A stretch of DNA of 64,000 nt from Bryobacterales bacterium (GCA_965206775.1 CBDBKU010000003.1:1672884-1736883), one strand, 5' to 3'. Counted from the stretch's first letter, positions 1-10,053 are shown. Notes: generated from the letters alone by a model not told the origin. Numbers and translations are program-made.

Positions 1-1214
1 ACAAGCCCAACATCGTTTTCATTCTTGCCGACGATGTTGGAGACCAAGCGATTGGCTGCTACGGAGGGATTTCTTACGCCACGCCCCGAATCGACGCCCT
101 GGCGGCCGAAGGCGTGCGATTTCGCCACTGCTATTCGATGCCGGTGTGCCACCCGACGCGGTTCACACTCATGACGGGGCAGTATCCGTTCCGCGCCGGC
201 CATCCGCCCTGGGGAACATTTCCTCGAAACCTGGAGGCGGCAACTGTCGCGAACCGGTTGCGCGAGCTGGGCTATGCAACGGCGGTTGCCGGGAAATGGC
301 AGCTTACGTTGCTTAGGGACGACCCGGACCATCCGAGGCAACTCGGATTCGACCGCTGGTCGGTATTCGGGTGGCACGAGGGGCCGCGCTACTACCGTCC
401 GCTGATCTACGAGGACGGCAAGGTCCGCTCAGACGTGAACGATCGCTACGGCCCAGACGTGTATGTGGACCTGCTGGTCGAATTCATGCGCGCCAACCGG
501 GACAAGCCGTTTTTCGCTTTCTACTCGATGGCCCTCGCGCACGACGTGACCGATGACATCGGCACTCCGCCTCCGGTGGGGCCTCAAGGGCATTACGACA
601 GCTACAAGCGGATGGTCGAGAACATGGACGAGCGCGTTGGCCGGCTGGTGGACGCGGCGGACGAGCTAGGCATTCGAGAAAGGACCTTGTTCCTTTTCAC
701 CGCTGACAACGGCACTCCGACGGCGTACTACTACACTGCGCAGGGCAGCGACATGCTGAAGCAGCCGATCGAATTCTCGTGGGATGGAACCAAGACCCGA
801 GGAGGGAAGGGCGAGTTGACCGACGCCGGCACGCGAGTGCCTCTGGTGGCGAATTGGCCCGGAACTCTCCCGAGCGGGCAGATCGTGGACGACTTGGTGG
901 ACTTTAGCGACTGGCTGCCGACGTTCGTCGAGTTGGCTGGAGGCACGGCACCGTCCGGATTGGACGGAACGAGTCTCGCGAGTCGCTTGCGAGGAGGGGA
1001 CGCGTCGCCGCGCAAGTGGGCGTACGCCTCGCGCCAAGGCAATCGCTGGGTTCGGACGCAGCGTTGGAAGCTCTACGACGACGGCAGGCTCTTCGACATG
1101 ACCCAGAGCCGTGACGAGGTCTCGCCCGTCCCGATCAGCCAAGCCTCCGCCGACGCCCGACGAGCGAGAGATGAACTCGAGTCGGCAATGCGCGTCGTCG
1201 CCGATTCCGACTGA
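1..1214 (+). CDS. Formylglycine-dependent sulfatase (arylsulfatase family), 5' end outside window
   Basis: The frame is open from the window edge (KPNIVFILADDVGD...). It has the sulfatase signature PVCHPTRFTLMTGQYP with the C-x-P-x-R motif, and the length and C-terminus fit the family. Confidence 0.85.
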   Translation, partial: KPNIVFILADDVGDQAIGCYGGISYATPRIDALAAEGVRFRHCYSMPVCHPTRFTLMTGQYPFRAGHPPWGTFPRNLEAATVANRLRELGYATAVAGKWQLTLLRDDPDHPRQLGFDRWSVFGWHEGPRYYRPLIYEDGKVRSDVNDRYGPDVYVDLLVEFMRANRDKPFFAFYSMALAHDVTDDIGTPPPVGPQGHYDSYKRMVENMDERVGRLVDAADELGIRERTLFLFTADNGTPTAYYYTAQGSDMLKQPIEFSWDGTKTRGGKGELTDAGTRVPLVANWPGTLPSGQIVDDLVDFSDWLPTFVELAGGTAPSGLDGTSLASRLRGGDASPRKWAYASRQGNRWVRTQRWKLYDDGRLFDMTQSRDEVSPVPISQASADARRARDELESAMRVVADSD

Positions 1215-1226
1215 TACACTGCCGCC

Positions 1227-2105
1227 TTGCGGGCGATTCTGTTCGGTGCTGGGGGACAGCTTGGGGTCGACTTGGCGCGCGAGTGCCGCAAGCGGGGCCA
1301 CAGCGTGCTGGCTCTGCGCCGAAGCCAGTGCGATATTGCCGACGTTGAGGCGGTCCGCCAGAGGATTGCCCGGCAGCGGCCCGATTGCGTGATCAACGCC
1401 GCTGCGTACAACAGGGTCGACCGCGCCGAGAGCGACCCGGAGACGGCAATGCGTGTCAACGCGCTAGCCGTTCGCGCCATCGCCATCGCCTGTGAGGAAT
1501 TCGGCGCGACATTTCTTCACTATTCAACCGACTACGTCTTCGCGGGAGACAAGGATTCTCCGTACGTAGAGGAGGACGTTCCCGGACCGCAGTCAGTCTA
1601 CGGCGTCTCCAAGCTCGCGGGCGAACAGTTCGCGCGCTCCTGCTGCGTGGCGCATTACGTACTGCGCGTCTCAGGCGTCTACGGACCGCCAGGGCGCTAC
1701 ACCGACGGCGGCAACTTCCCGGAGTTCGTCTTGCGGAGATGCGCCGAAGGCGCCCCGCTTCGGGTCGTGGATGATCATATTGCGACGCCGACGTTCGGTA
1801 CGGCGCTGGCTGACCGCTCTCTAGACGTCTTGGAGCACCGAATTCCATTCGGCCTCTACCACTTAGCCGGCGGGGAGGCTATCTCTTGGTTCGATTTCGC
1901 AAGAAAGATCGCGATTGCGGCCCGCAGCACGGCAGAGATCGGCGCAACCGATCGACATGACTACAAGCCGCCGGCAAGCCGGCCGGTCTTCGCTGCGCTC
2001 TCCAACTCGAGGATCGAAGCAGCTGGCATCGAACGGATGCCTGGGATTGACGAGTCGTTGCGCGATTATATGCTCCTGAGAAAGCGGGAGCGTCCTCCGC
2101 GCTGA
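1227..2105 (+). CDS. rfbD: dTDP-4-dehydrorhamnose reductase
   Basis: 292 aa with an N-terminal Rossmann motif (ILFGAGGQLG). INAAAYNRVDRAE and HYSTDYVFAG are typical of RmlD/RfbD. The start is TTG. No rmlA, rmlB or rmlC lies in the window. Confidence 0.8.
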   Translation: MRAILFGAGGQLGVDLARECRKRGHSVLALRRSQCDIADVEAVRQRIARQRPDCVINAAAYNRVDRAESDPETAMRVNALAVRAIAIACEEFGATFLHYSTDYVFAGDKDSPYVEEDVPGPQSVYGVSKLAGEQFARSCCVAHYVLRVSGVYGPPGRYTDGGNFPEFVLRRCAEGAPLRVVDDHIATPTFGTALADRSLDVLEHRIPFGLYHLAGGEAISWFDFARKIAIAARSTAEIGATDRHDYKPPASRPVFAALSNSRIEAAGIERMPGIDESLRDYMLLRKRERPPR

Positions 2106-2698
2106 CGGCGGGATACGCCCGCCAAGCGGATTGCCGGTGCCAGTGCGCTGCGTGCCATTCGCCACCGGATTCCTGATCGTTCCGAGAATGCAGCAGCCGT
2201 CCCCAAATGATGACTGCTGGCCGCGAAATACGCCGTGCGCCAATCCGTAGCTGGGCGAGGCGTCGATTGCACTCGAGCGAAGGACTGCCAGTAGGCCGCT
2301 AAAGTGTCCGGACTAGTCCAGTGACCGCACGAATCGCGGTCCAGTCACCTCGCCGACCTCCCTCCGGTACGGAATTGGCAGTTCCTGCCGGTGAAGACCG
2401 GCGCCCGGCGCCTGTCGAGCTCGCGCGCCGCATTCCCGCCATCGCGGCGCGCGCAATGCGGATACCACGATCCAACTTGGCTCGGGAACTCGAACATACT
2501 CGATCGCGAACAGTTGCGGAGCAAGTCTTCAAGCACAACAATCGGAATTGGATGTCGCGGTGAGCGGATCGGAGCCGTTGATCCTTTCTTCAGCAATTCG
2601 GTCAAGGCCCGGTCACTTCGTTGAATCTGCGGCTCGCACGCTCCCGCGCCAGGAGCACTCTCCAAGGTTCAATCCCTACTATTCCGATAGGAATTGGG

Positions 2699-2704
2699 TA
2701 TAAT
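2699..2704 (+). promoter_or_regulatory. Candidate -10 box (TATAAT) 8 nt upstream of the sat ATG; implies a leaderless or near-leaderless sat mRNA
   Basis: A perfect TATAAT lies at 2699-2704 and the ATG at 2713. No Shine-Dalgarno sequence lies between them and I could not find a convincing -35. Confidence 0.3.
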
Positions 2705-2712
2705 GAAGCTGC

Positions 2713-3825
2713 ATGTCCGAACAAGGAGGGCAGGTGGATGACCTGCGTGTCCCGTCAGGTCCGGCCTACGAGGCGTCTTTTCGGCAGCTGAGCGACCTGT
2801 ACCTTCTGGCTGAGGGCGGGTACGCCCCGCTTCGGGGCTTCTTGAATGGCGCCGAGACCCGCTCGGTCTGCAGGACGATGCACCTCACGACTGGGGAGCC
2901 GTGGAGCATCCCGTTGCTGTTCCCGATCGACGCGCAGACCAGGGCTCGCTTGGGCTCCGCGGATCAGGTCGTCCTGATGGACGGGCGCGTCCCAGCCGGC
3001 ATCCTCCGTGTCGAGGACATCTTTCCGATCGACAAGGAGCTATACGCCAAGAACGTCTTCCGGACCCTTGACCACGCTCATCCGGGAGTCGCTTGGCTGG
3101 GCGGAGCGGGGGACTATTCGATTGCCGGGACCGTCGAGGCGTTCCAGGAATGGAACATCGACATTCCCGGATCGCTGCCGATTTCTCCGCGTGAGACTGC
3201 GGCCTTGGTGGCTGCGAAGGGATGGAACACGGTTGTCGGTTTCCAGACGCGGAACCCGATCCACAGAGCTCACGAGTTCTGCACCAAGATCGCGCTTGAG
3301 ACGGCCGACGGGTTGGTGATTCACCCGCTGCTAGGGGAAACCAAGGACGACGACACGCCTGCGGAGGTGCGCCTCGCCTGCTACGAGGTCCTGCTCCGCA
3401 AGTACTATCCGCCTGATCATGCGCTGCTCGCGGGGTTTCCTGCGTGGATGCGCTACGCGGGGCCCCGCGAGGCCATATTCCACGCCCAGGTGCGCAAGAA
3501 CTACGGAATTACGCACTTTATCGTCGGAAGGGATCATGCCGGCGTCGGGGACTACTACGGTCCGTTTGACGCCCAGAAGATCTTTTCTGAGTTTGAGAGT
3601 GGCGAGTTGGGCATCGAACCGATCTTTTTCGATTTCGTGCACTACTGCAATGCCTGCGGAGGAATGGCCTCCAAGAAAACGTGTCCGCACTCGCCCGAGC
3701 ATCACGTTCACTTGGCGGGTCGGGAGGTGCGCAAGATGCTGCGAGAAGGCAAGGTGCCTCCGAGCGAGTTCACGCGCCCGGAGGTTGCCGGGATTCTCAT
3801 CGCCGCAGCCCGGGAGGAGGAGTGA
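2713..3825 (+). CDS. sat: Sulfate adenylyltransferase (ATP sulfurylase)
   Basis: 370 aa with the motifs GFQTRNPIHRAHE and IVGRDHAGVG, which are diagnostic of the homo-oligomeric ATP sulfurylase family. Confidence 0.9.
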   Translation: MSEQGGQVDDLRVPSGPAYEASFRQLSDLYLLAEGGYAPLRGFLNGAETRSVCRTMHLTTGEPWSIPLLFPIDAQTRARLGSADQVVLMDGRVPAGILRVEDIFPIDKELYAKNVFRTLDHAHPGVAWLGGAGDYSIAGTVEAFQEWNIDIPGSLPISPRETAALVAAKGWNTVVGFQTRNPIHRAHEFCTKIALETADGLVIHPLLGETKDDDTPAEVRLACYEVLLRKYYPPDHALLAGFPAWMRYAGPREAIFHAQVRKNYGITHFIVGRDHAGVGDYYGPFDAQKIFSEFESGELGIEPIFFDFVHYCNACGGMASKKTCPHSPEHHVHLAGREVRKMLREGKVPPSEFTRPEVAGILIAAAREEE

Positions 3826-4607
3826 GCCTTCCCCGGCCCAGGTTCACCTGGCCGTCGCGCAGCGCGACAGCCGAGGAAGTCTTGCGCTGGGGAATAGAGG
3901 AGTTCGGTCAGAGCCTGGCTGTCTGCACGAGCTTCCAGGCTTCCGGCTCGGTGATCCTGGATATGGCGGCGAAACTCGTTGGCGGAGACGTCAACGTCTT
4001 TAGCATCGACACCGGAAGGCTGCACGAGGAAACGTACGAGCTGATCGGGGAGTATCGTCGTCGCTACGGGATTTCCGTTAAGTTGATCGCCCCGGACGCG
4101 GAGGAGCTGGGCTCGATGCTCACGATGTACGGCCCCAACCTGTTCTACGAGAACTCTGCCAAGCGGAAACTCTGCTGCGAAATTCGGAAGGTTCGTCCGT
4201 TGAAGCGCAGGCTTGCAACGCTCGATGCGTGGGTCACGGGCCTGAGGCGTGATCAGAATGGCAGACGCGAGCGGATCGAGAGAGTGGCGGTAGACGAGGA
4301 GCACGGCGGCATCGTCAAGCTCTGTCCTCTGGCAGACTGGAGTAGGGAGCAGGTCTTTGACTACGCCAAGCGGCACGACGTGCCATTGCATCCGCTCTAT
4401 GCAAAGGGCTATTCCAGCATTGGCTGCCAGCCATGCACCAGACCGGTGAGGCGAGGCGAGAGCGATCGCTCGGGTCGCTGGTGGTGGGAAGACGACATCG
4501 ACAAGGAGTGCGGCATGCATTTCTCGGCCGCGGGTAGGAGTCGTCGGGAATTCGATCTTCTGTTGGACGAGGTCCTGCCCGCGCGACGACCCTATTTTGT
4601 GAAATAG
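3822..4607 (+). CDS. cysH: Adenylylsulfate (APS) reductase, thioredoxin-dependent, [4Fe-4S]-type CysH
   Basis: It has the PAPS/APS reductase fold. The Cys pairs KLCCEIRKVRPL and SIGCQPCT mark cluster-containing APS reductases, and the catalytic motif is ECGMH. I chose the GTG at 3822, which overlaps the sat TGA (GTGA). The ORF-track start at 3681 overlaps sat out of frame. Confidence 0.85.
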   Translation: MSLPRPRFTWPSRSATAEEVLRWGIEEFGQSLAVCTSFQASGSVILDMAAKLVGGDVNVFSIDTGRLHEETYELIGEYRRRYGISVKLIAPDAEELGSMLTMYGPNLFYENSAKRKLCCEIRKVRPLKRRLATLDAWVTGLRRDQNGRRERIERVAVDEEHGGIVKLCPLADWSREQVFDYAKRHDVPLHPLYAKGYSSIGCQPCTRPVRRGESDRSGRWWWEDDIDKECGMHFSAAGRSRREFDLLLDEVLPARRPYFVK

Positions 4608-4661
4608 CGCCGCGAAGAACGGCGCGGAAATATCAAGCCCTGACGGGCTAGCGGAACTCAT

Positions 4662-5195
4662 ATGAAACACCAAGGAGCCACGATCTGGCTGACCGGACTC
4701 TCGGGTGCCGGGAAATCCACTGTCGCGAACCTTCTCGCGAAGCGCCTGCGAGCCGCGGGAGGCAAGGTCGAGATTCTCGATGGCGACGTCGTGCGGACCA
4801 ACCTCTCGAAGGGCCTCGGCTTCAGCAAGGAGGATCGTGACACGAACATCCGACGCATCGGATTTGTTTGCGGGCTCCTTTCGCGCAACGGAGTCATCGC
4901 GATTGCAGCGGCGATCTCGCCCTACAGCCGCGTGCGCAACGAAGTGCGTGCGACCACTGCGAACTTCGTGGAAGTCTTCACCGACTGTCCTCTTGAAACG
5001 CTCGTCAAACGGGATGTGAAGGGGCTCTACAAGAAGGCGCTGGCAGGCGAGATCAAGAACTTCACAGGGGTGTCGGATCCCTACGAGGTTCCCGAGAACC
5101 CGGAGGTTCGCACCGATTCGAGCACCCAGACCCCTGACGAGTCGGCGAATGCCGTTTGGGACTACCTCGTCGAGGCCGGAGTGGTCCAGCCCTAG
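4662..5195 (+). CDS. cysC: Adenylylsulfate kinase
   Basis: 177 aa with the P-loop [12 protein letters not shown] and the motif [27 protein letters not shown], typical of APS kinase. Confidence 0.9.
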   Translation: MKHQGATIWLTGLSGAGKSTVANLLAKRLRAAGGKVEILDGDVVRTNLSKGLGFSKEDRDTNIRRIGFVCGLLSRNGVIAIAAAISPYSRVRNEVRATTANFVEVFTDCPLETLVKRDVKGLYKKALAGEIKNFTGVSDPYEVPENPEVRTDSSTQTPDESANAVWDYLVEAGVVQP

Positions 5196-5208
5196 CGAAC
5201 CCGCAGTT

Positions 5209-5224
5209 CCCCTCTGGCGAGGGG
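5209..5224 (+). terminator. Weak stem-loop after cysC (CCCCTC-TGGC-GAGGGG), no U tract
   Basis: A 6-bp GC stem with a 4-nt loop lies 14 nt after the cysC stop codon. There is no trailing T run. Confidence 0.25.
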
Positions 5225-5622
5225 TCAGCGCGTTGCTGCCGGTCTTGCGCCGCGCCGCAATCTGTCCTGCCCGGTCACATCGATTGGCCGTGGCACGGCC
5301 GGCTTGGCAACAGGCAGAGTGACGACCACGTGGACCGGCGAACGGGTGCGGGGTCTAAGGAAGGGCAGCGGACGCAGTGTACCGTCGGCGGACCGGAGAA
5401 GCTTAGACCCCATCGACCCGGTACAAGAATAAGCGAGCGAGCACTTCAGAGCCCCTGGCTGGCTCGCACCGAGTCAAGAGTGCTGAGCTCGTGCGGCAAC
5501 CGGCTGGCCGCTTTCTCGGCCACCCAGTTCCAGGCGCGCGCTTCCCAACCGCGCAATAAGTTGATTGGCAATGAATGCAGGTTCGCGGCGTTTCGATTAT
5601 CGCTGCGAACCAACCACGCAGC

Positions 5623-6663
5623 CTATGTCCCCGGCAGCCCCTCTGGCAGAAAGCGGTAAACGGCGACGATGTAGAGGCAGTAGCCCGCAAGAAGGACGTA
5701 TCCGAAGCCGCGCCGCAAGACGTCCTTGGATACCAACACCCCCATCCGGAAAATGATCAGAATGAAGAGCATCGCTGGGAAGAGTACCGAGAAGAAGTTC
5801 CCGCCGGCATGAAGGCCGGCTGGAGTGACCGCCGCTGCGGCGCCTGCCACGAAGAGTACGTTCAGGATATCGGCCCCGATCACATTGCCCACGGCCAGCT
5901 CGCCTTGCCCGCGACGGGCAGCAGTCACCGCCGTAACGAGTTCAGGCAGGGACGTGCCGAAGGCGACCAGCGTTGCGGCTATCACGCTCTCTGGCACGGA
6001 AACGCGCATGGCCGCCTCGGTCACGCCGGGTATGACGAAGTGTGCCGACACGACGACGAAGGCAATCGCCGCGATCAGTTTCAGCAGCGTCAGCCAGGCT
6101 GGGCTTTGCTGCGGGCTGTCCGACTTTTCCGTCCCGGACCGCTGCTGGCCCGCCCAGCGCACCGAGACGTAGAGGTAGGCTGCGAGAAGCGCTAGAAGGA
6201 CGAAACCGCTCTCCTGGGCCAGCGTACCACCCGAGGTGAACAGTTGGTCCGGACGGGTCCAAGGCACGCTCAGCAGTACCAGAAGCAGGCCTGCGCTAAT
6301 TTGGATCCAGCCTTGGCGGTTTACGATCTTGGGATCGAGTCTCAGCGGCGCGATCAGGCATGCGACGCCCAAGATCAGGCCGGTGTCAGCAATGACCGAC
6401 CCGACCGCGTTGCCCAGTGCCAGGCCGGGAGACCCCTCGATCGCTGCCAGGACCGAGACCGCCGCTTCTGGTGCCGTGGTGCCGAGGCTGACAATCGTCG
6501 CCCCGACGACCATCGGCGGGATGCGCAGGCTCGCAGAAAGCTCGACCGCTTCGTCCACGAGCACGTCGGCGGCCTTGCCGAGAACCAGCAGCGATGCCGC
6601 AATGCTGGCTAGGAGAATCGACCAATGGACCTGCGAGAAAAAATGCGCGAGCGCGTCGTCCAT
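5623..6663 (-). CDS. Ca2+/Na+ antiporter, CaCA (YrbG-like) family
   Basis: A polytopic membrane protein with the two alpha-repeats GTTAPEAAVS...GNAVGS and GTSLPELVTA...GNVIGA. The start is ambiguous: I chose the ATG at 6663 (MDDALAHFF), while the ORF track extends to 6726. Confidence 0.8.
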   Translation of the reverse strand: MDDALAHFFSQVHWSILLASIAASLLVLGKAADVLVDEAVELSASLRIPPMVVGATIVSLGTTAPEAAVSVLAAIEGSPGLALGNAVGSVIADTGLILGVACLIAPLRLDPKIVNRQGWIQISAGLLLVLLSVPWTRPDQLFTSGGTLAQESGFVLLALLAAYLYVSVRWAGQQRSGTEKSDSPQQSPAWLTLLKLIAAIAFVVVSAHFVIPGVTEAAMRVSVPESVIAATLVAFGTSLPELVTAVTAARRGQGELAVGNVIGADILNVLFVAGAAAAVTPAGLHAGGNFFSVLFPAMLFILIIFRMGVLVSKDVLRRGFGYVLLAGYCLYIVAVYRFLPEGLPGT

Positions 6664-6762
6664 TCCGAATCTAGAGTCTATCGAATCTCGAGCATTCCGC
6701 CGTGCGCGACCGTCCGGATCAGGCACTTCGCACTACAATACGGACGGGAAGGCGAGAACCAC

Positions 6763-9700
6763 ATGTATCGGTATCCGCGCCTTGGTCGGGCACTGTTCGC
6801 TCCCGCGTTGGCGTTGCTGCTTTCGCTCACGGCGGTGGCGAGTGAAGCTGGCTTGGAGCACTTCGAGAAGAAAATCCGGCCTCTCCTTGCGGAGAATTGC
6901 TACGCGTGCCACGGCGCGGACGCTCCCAGTGTCTTCGCAAACCTGCGCCTCGACAGCCGAGCCGGGCTCCTGCGTGGAGGCGACTCGGGACCAGCTGTCG
7001 TGCCTGGCGACCCGGCCGCCAGCCTCCTCCTCCGGGCCGTGCGGGGCGAGGCGAAGTCCCTCATGCCCCCCACCGGCCGGCTTGATGCTGACCAGATCGC
7101 CGACCTTGCCGCATGGGTGGCGGCTGGCTCGCCCTGGCCCGACGAGCAGGCCCTGGGCCTGCCCGATCCGAGCGAGGCATTCGACCTCGAGCGGAGACGG
7201 CGGGAGCACTGGGCATGGCAACCGGTCCGCCCGACATCACCGCCCACTGTCCGGAACGAGGACTGGTCGCAATCGACTGTCGACCGATTCGTTTTGGCCC
7301 GGCTCGAGGAGAAGGGACTGGAACCAGCCCCTTCTGCAGATCGCCACACGCTCCTGCGCCGGCTCTCGTTTGCGTTGACCGGCTTGCCGCCGACCCCCAA
7401 GGAAATCGCCGACTTTCTCCAGGACGATTCTTCCCGGGCCGAGGAAACCGTCGTGGAGCGCCTTCTGTCATCGCCTCATTTCGGCGAGCGCTGGGCCCGC
7501 CACTGGATGGATCTGTTCCGCTACACCGAGTCGCACGGCAGCGAAGGAGACCCCGACATCCCAGAGGCGTGGCGCTACAGGGACTACCTCATCCGCGCGT
7601 TCAATGACGACGTGCCGTACGACCAGCTCGTGCGGGAGCACCTCGCCGGCGATCTTCTGCCGGAACCGCGCTACAACGAAGCGCTGGGACTGAATGAGTC
7701 GCTGCTTGGTACGGCGCAATACCGGATGATCGAGCATGGCTTCCAGCCAGTCGACCCATGGGAAGACAGGGTCAAGTGGACCGACAACCAGATCGACGTC
7801 GTTTCGAAAGCGTTCCAAGGCCTGACCGTCACCTGCGCTCGGTGCCACGATCACAAGTTCGACGCGATCAGCCAGAGCGACTACTATGCCCTGTTCGGCG
7901 TCTTGGGCAGCGCGCGTCCTGTCCAGCGGGCGGTGGACAGTCCGGACTTGCTGCGCAGGCATCAAGACGCGTTGCGGCAAGCGAAAGCTGGGATTCGGCC
8001 CGCCCTTGCGGCGGTTTGGACAGAAGCTGTCGACGGAATTCCCTCGAGGCTGCGGAAGGGCGATGAGGTGATTGCCCGTGCTCTCGAAGCCGCTGCCTGC
8101 GACCCGGATAGCCCGTTGTACCCATGGTTCGACTTGGGCGATCTGTCCGGGGAGGAAATCGAGGTCGGCTGGAAGCGCCTTAGGGACGACTGGAACCGGC
8201 AGCATGCTCTGCGGGAAGCGTTCAACGACGAGAAGTTCAACGCAATCTGGCGGCTCGACGAGGGGCTTTCGGGGTGGAAGCTCCTCGGAACAGGCATCGA
8301 GCAAGGCGCGTCGGAGGCAGGCGAGTTCTCGATCCTGCCCGACGGGGACCGCGTCGTCGAGGGTATTTACGGGTCCGGCGTCCACAGCGGCCTGCTCTCG
8401 CGACGGCACAACGGTGTGCTGCAGACCCCACGCTTCACGATCGACACCAACTACATCAGCTTCCTCGTGCAGGGGTCCGGTTTCAGCGTCGTCCGCCTGA
8501 TCGTGGAGAACTATGCCGTTCCGCGTGCCGGAATTTACTGGCAGCGCTACTCGCCGAAGTCGGACGCTCCGGTTTGGGCCGGCTGGGACACCACCTATTG
8601 GAAGGGGTTCAGCGCATACCTGGAGTTCGCCACGATGCAAGACGCCACCAACTTCCTGCTGGATAGGGAGGATGCGAGGAAGAAGCCGGCGCCCAAGCCC
8701 CCGACGGACGGGCGTTCGCATTTCGGCGCGCTGGCCGTGGCGTTCCACGACGGCTCCGAATCACCTAGGGATTCCGAGACGGCGATTGCATATCTGCTCG
8801 AAGGAGATCCGCCGAAGAGCGCGGACGAGCTGGCCCAGCGTTACGCTGAGCGCCTGCGGGATGCCGTTGACGCGTGGCGCGACGGACCGCTGCCACCACG
8901 CCAGGCGGCGTATCTCGACTTCTTTGTCCGAAATGGCCTCCTTCCGGTGTCCTCGGGGACGTCGGACCGCTTAGATGGCTTGGTTTCGGCGTATCGCGCA
9001 TTGGAAGAGGAGGTGCCGATCTACCGGCGCGCGCCGAGCGTGCTCGACGAAGCCGGGCCGGACCAGCCACTGCTGGTGCGGGGCAGCCACAAGGATCGTG
9101 GCGAGCCGGTTCCTCGCCGCTACCTGACGGCTTTCGGCGGCAAGCTCTACGCCGATCCTGCGACGACGCGGTTGCGGCTTGCCGAGGAGATGACCGACCC
9201 GCGGAATCCCCTGACCGCGCGGGTCATGGTCAACCGAGTGTGGAAGCACCTGTTCGGCCGGGGCCTCGTCGCGACGGTCGATAACTTCGGGCGCGTCGGC
9301 AATGCACCGTCTCATCCCGAACTCCTGGACTACCTGGCCGATCGGTTCGTGCAGGACGGCTGGTCACTCAAGAAGCTGATCCGCCGCCTTGTCCTGACCT
9401 CGACCTACCAACTCGACAGCGACCCCTCCGCCCCGTCCTCGCAAGTGGATCCGGGGAACGTGCTTCTGCAGCATATGCCAGTCCAGCGATTGGAAGGCGA
9501 GGCCATCAGGGACAGCCTGCTCGCGATTTCGGGCAGGCTGGACTCGAAGCTGCTTGGGCCTTCCGTGAACGTTTACTACGCCTTCGCCAAGGGCAAGACC
9601 AAGGGCGACCGGGTGAAGGGACCGCTCGACGGGGACGGCCGGCGCAGTGTCTACCAAGAGATCCGGCGCAACGCGCAAAATCCGTTCCTCGAGGTGTTCG

Positions 9701-10008
9701 ACCAGCCCAAGCCGTCTTCAACACGAGGGCAGAGGGACACGACGAACGTTCCGGCTCAATCCCTGACAATGCTCAACAGCCCAATGGTTCGCGCTCAGGC
9801 GGACCTGTGGGGGCAGCGCCTCGCAGAGAGGGCAGAGCCCGCCTCCGACACGGTCAAGTCGATGTTTCTCTCCGCTTTGGGGCGTCCTCCGGCCCCGCTG
9901 GAGCTCGATCGCAGCTTGGGCTATCTTGCAGAGAAGCCCGGAGCCGACGCGTGGTCAGATCTCGCTCATGCGATGTTCAACCTCAAGGAATTCCTCTACG
10001 TCCGCTAG
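6763..10008 (+). CDS. PSCyt1/DUF1549/DUF1553 family protein (cytochrome-c-like N-terminal domain)
   Basis: The ATG at 6763 gives a signal peptide (MYRYPRLGRALFAPALALLLSLTAVA). It has the heme-binding-like motif CYACHG and DUF1549-type motifs (LLRRLSFALTGLPPTPKEI, CARCHDHKFD). The DUF1553-type motif is NPLTARVMVNRVWKHLFGRGLV. Confidence 0.85.
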   Translation: MYRYPRLGRALFAPALALLLSLTAVASEAGLEHFEKKIRPLLAENCYACHGADAPSVFANLRLDSRAGLLRGGDSGPAVVPGDPAASLLLRAVRGEAKSLMPPTGRLDADQIADLAAWVAAGSPWPDEQALGLPDPSEAFDLERRRREHWAWQPVRPTSPPTVRNEDWSQSTVDRFVLARLEEKGLEPAPSADRHTLLRRLSFALTGLPPTPKEIADFLQDDSSRAEETVVERLLSSPHFGERWARHWMDLFRYTESHGSEGDPDIPEAWRYRDYLIRAFNDDVPYDQLVREHLAGDLLPEPRYNEALGLNESLLGTAQYRMIEHGFQPVDPWEDRVKWTDNQIDVVSKAFQGLTVTCARCHDHKFDAISQSDYYALFGVLGSARPVQRAVDSPDLLRRHQDALRQAKAGIRPALAAVWTEAVDGIPSRLRKGDEVIARALEAAACDPDSPLYPWFDLGDLSGEEIEVGWKRLRDDWNRQHALREAFNDEKFNAIWRLDEGLSGWKLLGTGIEQGASEAGEFSILPDGDRVVEGIYGSGVHSGLLSRRHNGVLQTPRFTIDTNYISFLVQGSGFSVVRLIVENYAVPRAGIYWQRYSPKSDAPVWAGWDTTYWKGFSAYLEFATMQDATNFLLDREDARKKPAPKPPTDGRSHFGALAVAFHDGSESPRDSETAIAYLLEGDPPKSADELAQRYAERLRDAVDAWRDGPLPPRQAAYLDFFVRNGLLPVSSGTSDRLDGLVSAYRALEEEVPIYRRAPSVLDEAGPDQPLLVRGSHKDRGEPVPRRYLTAFGGKLYADPATTRLRLAEEMTDPRNPLTARVMVNRVWKHLFGRGLVATVDNFGRVGNAPSHPELLDYLADRFVQDGWSLKKLIRRLVLTSTYQLDSDPSAPSSQVDPGNVLLQHMPVQRLEGEAIRDSLLAISGRLDSKLLGPSVNVYYAFAKGKTKGDRVKGPLDGDGRRSVYQEIRRNAQNPFLEVFDQPKPSSTRGQRDTTNVPAQSLTMLNSPMVRAQADLWGQRLAERAEPASDTVKSMFLSALGRPPAPLELDRSLGYLAEKPGADAWSDLAHAMFNLKEFLYVR

Positions 10009-10053
10009 GAGTCCGGTGTTGGCAGTACCGAAGTCGGCGACCGGCTGCCCGAC

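Noticed and set aside
2106-2698. A 600-bp gap between rmlD and sat with several 60-106-aa ORFs on both strands and small palindromes (for example GGACTAGTCC at 2311)
   Set aside because: None of the translations showed a recognisable motif or plausible composition. I cannot support a gene or RNA here, and it may be a decayed regulator gene or a promoter region.
3681-3821. Upstream extension of cysH offered by the ORF track
   Set aside because: It overlaps sat out of frame and encodes an Arg/Ser/Gly-rich sequence. The GTG at 3822 gives a family-length protein that is stop-start coupled to sat.
7468-8748. A 426-aa antisense ORF within the first PSCyt/DUF1549/DUF1553 gene, with similar antisense ORFs at 14496-15641 and 18308-19618
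   Set aside because: Same reasoning: they are antisense to strongly supported genes and show no family signatures.
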